A stretch of 64,000 nt of DNA from Cenococcum geophilum (taxonomy: Eukaryota): the NCBI GenBank assembly GCA_050273025.1, contig CP158636.1:7254001-7318000 (forward strand). The letters are read 5' to 3'. A program made the position numbers and the translations under genes. Shown here one piece after another: positions 53,701 to 64,000 of the stretch. Position 1 is the stretch's first letter; every line of letters starts with the position of its first letter. A model generated the notes under the pieces. It saw nothing but the letters and a program-made list of their open reading frames with translations. It ran no database searches and was not told the origin of the DNA.

Positions 53701-56700
53701 CCTGCGTCCCTAAGGCGCTATAGGACCTTTTGAACGTGCTTAGTATGCTTAGAAGGGTTATCGCTGTAAATAAGTATATCGTCCAGGTACGCAGAGCAGA
53801 AGTTGTTAAGGTAGTCCTATAAGGCGTTATTAATATAGCTTTAGAAGCTGCCTAGGCCGTTATATACGCCAAAGGGCATAACAGTATATTCGAATTGGCC
53901 AAAGCGCGATGCGAATGCGGTTTTCTATTCGTTACCTTCTCGTATTCGGAGGCGGTTAAAGGCGGCGATAATATTAAGCTTAGTATAGATTTTGGCTTAG
54001 CTAAGCCGCTTAAAAGTCTTATATATAAGCGGTATAGGGTATTGGTTCTTAATTGTAATAGCGTTAAATCCTCTATAGTTAACGCAGAATTAAATACCTC
54101 CTCCTAGCTTCTTAGCAAGGAGGATGGGGGCGGCTGCTGGGGATATACTAGGGCGAATAAACCCTTTATTAAGGTGTTCGTTGATATACTTTTTAACAAC
54201 TAGAAGTTTGTCTTTTAATATTAAATAGGGTCTCTTATAGGGTGGCGTTTTTCCTTATTTGATATTAATGGTATAGTTATTAGGTTGATATAGGGGGAGT
54301 ATATCTACGCTCTTTTATAAGCACACGTTAATAAAGTTATAGTACCTCTTGGGGAGGAGCTTACGGAGTTCCTCATTAGTAAGTCCTTTTTTAAGCTTTA
54401 TAAACTTCTTAAAGTCTAAAGGTAAAAGTCCGTAGAGTTTTATAGGGGCATTATTTTCTAGGAGGTTAACTATATCTATCCTATTACTATAGAGGACGTG
54501 GTCCTATTCTTTATTAAGCTTATATAGTTATAATTAGGAGGCTACGGTAACAGTCTAGCCTTTCCTATATGCTATGCGGTAGAAGGCCACGGCACTTATG
54601 TAGTAGTAGTTAGTCGTGGGTAGGGTAATAAGGGGTTCCTTAGGTTGGTATCCTAGGGAGTAGATAGAGGCGGCTAGGCTATATCCTAGGCAGGTCTCTC
54701 TACAATATTTAGAGTTAAAGGTTACTTCTCTCTTTTTCCAGTTAATGGCGGGGTTGTATTATTCGAGCTAGTTTATTTTAAGGATAATAGGGTAGTTAGT
54801 AAGTAGTATAATATAGGCCTAGAGTTCTTCCTGGTGCCCATTTATATCTAGGTAGAGTTGTGCCATATAGGTAATCTTCTGTGCAGTATAACTACCGTCG
54901 GCGAGTTATAGGGCGCGGGCTTTGGTAAGGGGTAAGGTAGGTAGGTTATAAGTACGCATAAATTAGGTATCTATAAATTTATTAGTAGCTCCGCAATTAA
55001 TCATAAAACGGCTTTTATATTATTTTTTAGCAGTAGTTCCTATTACGGGTAAAACTATCTATTTCCGTCTATTTATCTTTACTAAGTTATCTATTAAGCA
55101 GGCCGATATATAGATCCCCTTATTATTAGGGCGTCCCAACCTACGACTTAGGGCTAGGACTTAGCGTTTTCCGTTTCCGTATCCGACTCTACCGCTATTA
55201 CTACGTCTTCGTCTTATACAGTAGTGGCACGTAGTAATATATTTAGTGTTTAAGGTACTAGGTTAGGTATTAAGCGGCGGCTGCTAAACCTAGCCATTAG
55301 GTAGTTTAGGCTATAGCTATAACAGCCTTCTTAACAATATCTATAGCAACGCTTTAGCTTCTAAAGTAGCTCGCGTTCTCCGTCTAGTAGCTTTTACGGG
55401 AAGGTTAGTATAAAAAGGTTAATATTAGGACCAGTAGTATTACTTAGGGTAGTAGGCGTCGGTGGTTTAGTAGGTCTGGAGGGCTTCTATAAGAAGGTCT
55501 TCGGGCGGGGGTTTGCAGTAGCGATCTAATTTAGTTGTCGTTTAATCTTCCGTATAGCTGCTACCATATTATAAACATCATTATAGTTGTGGCTGGCGGC
55601 TGTGTAACTAAGGCGATAAGTAACTTTTTTAAGGAGATCTTCCTAGTCTTTAGTATCGTCTTAGGTAAGGGCTCCGGTATATTCCTAGAATTTAACATAG
55701 AACTCGTCGAATAATTCAGTAGGGCTCATCTTTAGGGCACGTAGTTTAGCTCAGTTGGTGGCCAGTAGGTTGTAGTCGCGGTATATTAGGTCAAGATCGT
55801 TAAGGACTTTTTAGTAGGACTGCCACTTTTAGGGGCTATTAGTCTCCTATCAGGCGAAGAGTCTGTTAAATAGTGTACCCTTTGTTCGCCTAATAATATA
55901 GCCAATCTTAGTATCTTCCGTAGGAAAAAGGCAGGCGCTCTAAGTTAGTTTCTCGCGGATTTACATCTTCTAGTAGCTATATTCTTTACGGTTTCCCTAG
56001 AAAACTAGGGGATCAGGGTAACGTGCATTAGACCCTACAGTGGCAGCTTAGGTTCAGTCATTATAGCTTTCATTATCGCTTTAGTAGGGGTTCCCGTTAG
56101 GTAAGGCTGCTCGGCGCTAACCCTCTATTAAGTGTTAAGTAGGTAAAGTTGCCAGGGGCGTAGAGACTTAAGTGGCGTTATATACAGTAGAGAGGTGTCT
56201 AGCGTTATTACGAATATGCTTGTTAAGCTAAGATTATAGGTATTTAATTATGCCTTCTCTTTTAGTGACTGTAGCAATAAGTACAATCTTAGCCTTCTTT
56301 AACTGTTAGATGTCGCGTTTAAACACATAGAGGTCGTCTTCGGTTTCTTAACGCGTGTTATCAGCAAGCGCCTCGCGAGCTTGTAGGTCTTAGATAATAT
56401 TGCGATCTTAGGCAGTACGCATCTCGGCTCGTATAAGCTTTAGGTGGTAGTTCTATAGAAGGCGGTAGTATTTATCAGGTTCTCGTGCTACCATTTTTAC
56501 AAACGTCTTGGCGTCTCGTATTTCAATTTTGATAGGTGGTAGCCCTTCCGCTTGCTTGTCCGTAGTTATATAGTTAATAAAAGATAAGACATTATCGGTG
56601 TCCATCTCCTTAGGGGTTAAGGCTAAGGCTGATAAATTAAATTCTCCTGGGATTAATTGGCGTCGTAGGTTGAGTATAGGTATTGGATTGTTCTTTGGGT

Positions 56701-57056
56701 TTAACATAGTGGCTAGTAAGAAATATTATCTTACTATTGTGGGTTCCTTAGAAGTATAAAGTGAGGTAACTTATAGGCACGCTGCTTCTAGCAGCGCCTA
56801 TAGTATTACAGAGACGTAGAATTGGTTGTAGGCTGGGTGTTAGTGGTAAAAAGGCGCAACGTAATGTCACGGGACGGGGCAGTGGCTACAAGACGTATGT
56901 ATTCGAGGAGTCTACAAGACGTTGCGCGATCGATCGTAAGGGTCGAGGGCGTAAGGAGGTGATATACCTACGCGTAGCTGACATAAGCTGTACGCGAGGT
57001 GTACGCGAGAGCACGGGGCTCTCCTATGGAGGCCCCTGCGGTGGGGTTCCGTGACA
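50713..57056 (-). mobile_element. Full-length Ty3/gypsy chromovirus-type LTR retrotransposon (RIPed)
   Basis: 192-bp LTRs at 50713-50904 and 56865-57056, TSD CTAGC (50708-50712 and 57057-57061), and a PPT next to the left LTR. Coding motifs are [14 protein letters not shown] (~53765-53800), RNase H NYEIY.KELLAI, integrase H..GH..C..C and a chromodomain (~51300-51440). Confidence 0.95.
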
Positions 57057-58329
57057 CTAGCTTTGGCTATTTTAGTAATATAATATATATTAAACTAAGG
57101 GCTAAATTATAACTACTACCTTTAAGAATAATATTATAGTCTACTCCCTTATAATATAGTAGTAGCGTATTAGATATAGATCTTAAGAAGTAGTTAGTAT
57201 ACTCTTAGTAAGGCTATAGTAGCTTTTTATAGATAAGTTAGTAAAGCTCTTTCTTATTATTAAATAGGGCATCTTATTTCTTTTTATTCTTTATTAGTTA
57301 GTCTAACTTATAGAAGCTAGTAGATCTAATTATAATACCTTCTTGCTTTACGCCTTATAAGTTCTTTACTTTAAGTAGTATAATATCTACTACCCTAGCT
57401 TCCTTAGTAGATAAAGTCTTCTTAACTCTTAAATTTAAGGTTAGTATTAGCTTAGGGTAAAGTTAGTCCTCTATCTTCCTAATTATATTTTAGGCGTTAA
57501 TTCTCTAAGTATATTTATAGTTATATAAGGCCTATATACGCAAGATAGATTGCTTTAAATTAACTTTAATAGGGGACTTCTTATCTTAAAGCTCTATAGT
57601 TATAGTAGTATATTTCTTTAATCTATATCCTTTTAGTAACCGTTAATAATTAGTATAGGTAAGAGTTCCTTTCTTAATATAATTATATTACTCTACTAGT
57701 TATTATACCTAGATATAATAACCCCCTATCCTTTAATTTTATAGAACTTTAGTTATATTTATTACTTAATAATTAGCTACAGCTTATAGTATATAAAGGC
57801 CTCTTTACCTATACTAGAGTTAAGTAAGCTTATTATATTAAGATCTACGCCGCTTAATATAACTATATATAGTACTATAAAGGCTATGCCTCTTAAGATC
57901 TCTCCTAGCTATATAGGCGCTATATAGATTACTTTAATCTATTCTAAGTATAGACTTTTTTTAAAGCTACCTATTTTCTAACTTTTCTAAGTTAGTAACT
58001 ATCTTATACTCCTTACTTTAGTATAAAGTATTTATTAGAATAGTATCCTTACTTATTATAGTTATAGTAGATAACTATTACCTTTATAGTTAGTACTTAA
58101 GTTAAAGACTACTTAGATAGGAGACTATTAGTATTATTAGCGCCTTTACTTAAAACTCTTTAAACCTAGGCTAATTAGTAGTTACTTTACTCCTTACCTA
58201 TCTACCTTAGCCCTTAGGCGTACTATAAGTGGTCTTATAATAGATATAAAACCTATATTCTTTATCTCCTACCTTAACTTCTATTAAGATGCGTAGGTTA
58301 TTATAAAGGTTATTATAAAGCTTCTCCTT

Positions 58330-61300
58330 CCAATCTAGCGCCTAGGTATACTAGTAAGTAAAGGGCTATTTAGTATATTAACCGCGTTATTTTTAGGCGT
58401 AAGAATAGTAGAATTGTATAAAAGCTCTAGGGTAAAAAGCTAGCGCCTTATATTTAGAAATACCTTAGTTATAAGAGCCTCCTAGCTATTACTAATAGCC
58501 TAGTTACGCTTATCCTATTATACTATTTAAATTAATATACTTATTAATATAGAGTAACCGCCCTATAAATATAGCAATCTTCTAGCGCTTAGGAGTAGTA
58601 AGACTAGGGCGTTATAAACGTATATTCTATATAAGGTAGAAGACATATATATAGCGCTATAGAAAGGAGCGCTTTAAAGACGCGCTTATAATCTACCTAT
58701 AGGTACTATTTTTTATAATAGGTAGGGTCTAGTAGAAGTTACTATAGAAGTATACTATAATTCCTCCAAAGGGGAGCTGGCGCCTAGGTTTGTTAATACT
58801 ATAGAGGTCCTATAAAGTACGTAATACAGCCTTAATAGCGTAGCGGTAGTATATAACTAACTTATTCTAAAAGATAAGGCGGGTCTACTATAGAAGCTCT
58901 ATAAGTAGGACTACTTCTAAATACTATATATGTTATTTTTATTTACATTAATTAGGATCTTAAAGTATAAGTAGGTAGTAGTTCTACTAGAGAGTAGCGT
59001 TATTATAATACCTAGGGTAGTAACTGCTAGCGCTATATAGTTCTATAACGTTTACTAGATAAGTACGGTATTATATAAAAATATCTTTTTAATACTACTA
59101 GGGCTATTAATAAAGAAGAGACCGCCCTTATTAGTATCTACTATATAGTTAAGCGTGCTAAAAATTAAGCGCTACCCTATATTAAGTAAAGGAACGCCTT
59201 CTATAACCTCCGCCTATAAATCCTTTATAGAAAATCTAAGTTATTTATATAGAAGCTAATTCTAAAGTAAAGTATACTCCTTAATCTATTTATATTAGGG
59301 CTTAATAAGGTAATAGTATTCTAGATTAAGGTTATAACTAATAAGTAGAGCGCGTAGATAGTAGTACGTAAGGTCTTTAGCCTACTTCTAGGTTAGGTTA
59401 AGAACCGTATAAATTATATATAGTTAGTAAAAGTAGTTATCTGCTAGCTCCCTTTAGAATAGATTCTATAGGGCGCGCGGATCTATAGACTTATAGCTAG
59501 CTAGCTAGCTAGCTAGTATAATAATAAATAGCTCGCGGAACTACCTTTTAAGCTAAAAGTACGCGGCCTTACGTAGTGCTTATATATACTCTATTTATCC
59601 TAAAGTAAGCTATATATAAAGTATACTACTTAAAAGGTAGGGTATCCTTATATCTTTAAAAAAAAAGTACTAGCTAGTAATATTAACTAGAAGAAGCTAT
59701 AAGTAGTATACCTCCCCCGCGCTAATTAGAATCTAAATAATAAAGCTAATAAAGAACTCCTTATAGTAAGGGAGCTACTACTTACGCCGCTTATTCTACG
59801 TATAGTAAGTAGGAAAGTTATAATAGAATATTTCTATACGCTATCTTATATTCTCTATAAAGAACTATATAAGTATAGTTCTATATATAGTATCCTAGGT
59901 AAGACGCTTCTTTAAAGCCTAATTAGGCTAGATTATAATAAACTACTAGCCTTCTATATAGATTATAAGCTGCTATATAGAAATGGAGCAGCTATATACA
60001 CAGCACTTATAAATACTCTCTAGAGCTTTATATGCGGTAATATATAGGGCGTGTATATACTCCTTAATTTTATCTATAAGGTACTATAGCCTGGCCCCAG
60101 CTATCTAGGCTTCTAGGGTTATAATAGCGTAATTAGGGCCTTTATATATATACTTAAACGCGTACTTTATAGCGTAGTACCCTATATAGGGCTCTACGTT
60201 AATATACGTATTAGGGCGCTATATCCCTACTACTCTATATATAGCTCTAGCTAGACTTTATAAAAATAGGGCTATTCTATAGGCGCTTATATAGCGGCTT
60301 ATTGTTATTTCTAACTATAGTTTCCTCTTAAAAGGTATAAGGGATCTAGAATCTATATATAGGGCACAGAGGTACTATAGATAACAACGTTATATAGGAG
60401 CGGCTCCGCTATTAAGTCTAGAATATCCGTCTAAATAACTAGATTAATATCTTTTATAGTTACTAACTATAAGCTAGGCTTTATAATTACTAGTATATAT
60501 ATATAAGAGAGCCTACGCTTCTAAAACTTAATAGTTTAATTAATTATAGTAGTATTACCTAGAACGCGGGACTTTAAAATCTTATACTATAGCTACTTTA
60601 GCTTAATCTAGAAGACATAATCTACTAAATCTAGGTAATTTCTTATACTCTAGCCTACTTTTAGCTCCGCCTAGATTTCTTACTAGTATAGGTTATACGT
60701 AAAGGTAATAAAATCGGTAGGGGAGCTATAATACTAAGTAAGTACTATAGCGTTAAAATAGGTGTTATATATCTAGTGTGGAAAGCTTATATAAGATATA
60801 GGAAGGATAATATTCTAGCTAATATTACGTCCTATAGCCTAATTATTAAGGTAGAGCTAATTAAGTATACTTGTATACTATATAATCTATAGGTTCTTCT
60901 AGTTATAGCGTAGCTACTAGAGGCGGACGTTAGTGATTAAGGTATATATCTACTATAATCTTATAAAGTAGCCTTTTAGTAAAAAGCTAGGAGGAAATAG
61001 GACGTTAGAACTATAGGTAATATTTCTACTACTACTACTATAAGATGTATTTATATCTATCATAGCCTTAGCGTATAGTACTAGCCTTATTAACCTTATT
61101 ATTACTAGCTATAAAGTCCTCTCCTATCCCTTATAATGTTAAAATAGGTTATTAGGTTATTAATAAGAACTAGCTAATTAGATTAGCTAAATTTAGTACC
61201 CGTACTTAGAAATATAGTATTATTCCTATATAGACTACTTATTTTAAAGACCTTAATATTATAAGGGATAGTATTATTAATATTTATTATATAATCCTAT

Positions 61301-61912
61301 AGTACCTATACCCTATTTATAAGGGGGTAGTTAATCTACTAGCTAAGCTTACTACGTGGGTAGAGTAAAGAGTAGTAAAGGGGGAGGTAAATAAGTAGCT
61401 ACTTATTAATAAACTCTAAGCCTCCCTCCTTATTCTATAGTATAATCTAATAAATACCTTATATAGCTTATATAGAGGTAGGAGTAAAAGTAGTAACCTT
61501 ACTTATAGTAGGATAATTATATATATATAGGGGTTAGTACTTATAGTTTCTATTATTATAAATACGCTATATATTTATCTATAAATACTATATAAAAGGA
61601 TTACTATTATATAGAACCTCCTAAATCGTCCTAAGAGTTGCTATATTTAGATTTTTAAATACTTAGCTATAGCGCTTAAGTTACTTATCCTCTCTATTAA
61701 ATATATATAGTTACACGAATAAGGTATTATGGCTAGTATAAAGATATAAGGATCTAATCTAGTAGTATAGCTACCTATAGGCTTAAAAGGTATAAATACT
61801 TTAAAGCTACTATATAAGCCGCTTATTAATTATAGCGCTAAGGGATTAGAATATAAAGGAATTATTATAGTAGTAGATAGATTTATAGAATTCTTTTAAT
61901 CTAGGCGTCCGC

Positions 61913-61945
<33 letters not shown>

Positions 61946-62500
61946 TTACGCCTTTTAATTCCGCTAGTAGCCGATAGAGATTATATAAGTAGTTTACCTA
62001 CACGGGAACGTATATAGTACTATTAATATAGTAAGAGAAGCAGTAATTCTTTTTATAGATTTAATTTTTCTCTCCTCTAGCTGCTATAGGGCCTTATAGT
62101 AATTATACTTATATATAGCCCGCTCTATAATAAACTAATAATTAATACCCTATAATAGAGGATCCCTTATAATATTTAGGCCTAGCTTATATATCTAACC
62201 TATATAAAATAGGGTGTAATAAAAGCCTATATCTAGTATAGAATATAAACTAGGGTAGGTATTAGCAGTATTTAGGAATAGTAGCTATCTTTATATAGGA
62301 GAAAATTCTTCTTACTCTATCTATAGCCTACTAGTACATCTTTACTAGGAGTAGGGCGTAGCTAAAATCTACTAGGGTAGAGGAGGAGTAGGAGTAAAAG
62401 AAGGAAAAGAAGAAGAAGAAGAAATAAGAGGATTATAAGAACTAGTAGAAATAGGGCGTAGCTCTATTTATTAACCGGTATACGCCTATATCCACTATAA
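58330..62500 (-). mobile_element. RIP-inactivated Helitron Rep/PIF1 helicase, 3'-truncated
   Basis: RIP-reverted HUH-Rep motifs FITFTCNP.W (~60700), TIEFQKRGL.H.H (~60500-60535) and KYIYKGPD (~60140). PIF1 motifs FIDGPGG.GKTFLY (~59075-59115), IFWDE and PFGG....GDF.QTLP. The 5' limit is approximate. Confidence 0.85.
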
Positions 62501-64000
62501 GTTAGTATATATATATTAAAAGAATAAAGGAGAGTAAGAGACTTCTATTAAGTGGTAAAGTAGAAAGACCTAGTTGTAAATATATCTTTCTCCTACTAGG
62601 GTTAATCTATTAGCTATTATATAGGCTATTATAGAGGCTATAGCTACCTTTAAACGCGTACGTTTAGCTACTATAAATATCTTTATCTTTTTAAATTATA
62701 AGGTATACTTATAATAGAATTTGTATAAAGATTTTATAGGGCTTTATACTTTATATAGAGCTCTATATATAAACTTCCTTAACCCCTAAACTTTATACTA
62801 CTCCTTTATAAAACTTAATAGCTCTATATAGCTATAGAGTATATAATTACTACTCCTCTACAATAATGCGTTGCTTAAGGCTATAAAGTAGATATATAGT
62901 AGGTAGGGAGAGTCTTCTATAATTCTATAAAGCGATTTTTATAATATTAATAAGGGTAAAAATATTACTATATAAATAGTGCGTAAAATATTAGAGTTAG
63001 TAGTTATTAGTTAAAGTTTTAGTTTAACTTATATTATAAAAAAAAAGATAAAGAATATTAAAATATACTTAGGTAAACTATATAAGGACTTTAGTACCAT
63101 TTAAGAAAGTACTCTCTAAGAGCTTTATAGTAGGAAGGATATATTAGTAAAGAATATAGAAAAAGTAGAAGAAAATAGCGCTATATTAAGGCCTAGGCTA
63201 GTATATAAAAGGTAAAGAATATATATAAGAGGTTAATAAGGATAAGAATAAGAAAGAGAAAGAAAGTAAAGTATAAAAGAATACTAGAAAACTAACTACT
63301 ATAATATAGTAATATATAGACTAATACTAAAGAAATATATATAAAGTATAGGTAAAAAGAAAGTAAGTTATAGAATAGTAATACTATAGAGTAAAATTAC
63401 TTATTATTATTATGATAAGATATTTAGTTACGCTATTATAGCTTTTATTAAGGTATATATATATATATATATAAAACTATACTACTATTTAGAGCTAGGT
63501 AAAACCATTCCTTCTACTATTATATAGCCTATATAGCCTCTCTTCTAATTAGTAACTATTAAGTATAAGTAGTTATCTCCTTAAGGCGCTATAGAAAAGC
63601 TATCTTAATATATACTCCTAAGTCCGTCTAATAGGGTATATAGCTATAGCCTAGGTTCCGTTCCTAGCTACTTTAGTTATTTAAATAGGGTATAGGCTAG
63701 CGGCCCGCAAGGCTAGTTATATAGAAGATTAGTAGTAAAGAGGTAGGTATAGAGTAGATAGAATTATAGGGATTTAATATATACTACGTATACTACCGTC
63801 TATTTTATTATCTATAGCTTTATCTATATATAACGGCGCTAAGGCGCGTTATCTACTAACTTCTACTAACTTTTACTATATCCTATAAATACTATAGGCC
63901 TAATAGAGCTACTACTTTTCCTTTTTACTCTTTTACTCTCTAGAATTAAGCTTCTCTATAGCCCCCCTCTCTTAAAGTACTTTTTAACCTCCTCTTTTTA

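Larger units (their letters stand above)
49730..58250 (-). mobile_element. Older, heavily RIPed Ty3/gypsy remnant interrupted by two LTR insertions
   Basis: Gag knuckle CYNCDKQGHYSNEC (~58030-58075), protease LLDSG (~57810-57830), and RT KKN.YPLP|LIRETL..FTKLDI..PFGLCNGP..IDDILIY (49900-50320 and 50541-50712). Confidence 0.75.
10900..64000. other. AT-rich RIP-mutated (heterochromatin-like) block
   Basis: Strong excess of TpA and depletion of CpA/TpG by eye, almost no long ORFs, and recognisable genes with stops at Gln/Trp codons. Confidence 0.95.

Noticed and set aside
61913..61945. (TA)n microsatellite
   Set aside because: Expected by-product of heavy RIP.

Overview
Filamentous ascomycete (Pezizomycotina-type) DNA with two compartments. 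Bases 1-~10.8 kb are a moderately GC-rich genic region. It holds an intact intronless bacterial-like MppJ-type methyltransferase, a MYND/DUF4470 gene, a C2H2 zinc-finger gene, a SnoaL/NTF2-like gene, and broken NLR and CHAT-protease remnants. From ~10.9 kb to the end the sequence is AT-rich and riddled with TpA/TAA/TAG, the signature of repeat-induced point mutation (RIP), so almost all calls there come from mentally reversing C>T/G>A changes. Bases 11-41 kb carry pseudogenised Starship-type cargo: a DUF7924-like gene, two kinases, a patatin, a PNP-NACHT-ankyrin NLR, an LRR-like gene and a LINE ORF1. Further right are a non-DUF3435 tyrosine recombinase (43.5-45 kb), a 3.2-kb palindromic minisatellite, nested Ty3/gypsy elements and a Helitron. 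The standout structure is at 25.7-27.0 kb: a 77-bp tandem array in which each unit is a near-identical 74-nt spliceosomal intron followed by a hypervariable 3-nt, one-codon micro-exon. It lies in the 3' end of a STAND-N/ubiquitin-like-domain gene, between ~1.7-kb inverted repeats. Family names come from motif recognition, not database searches.
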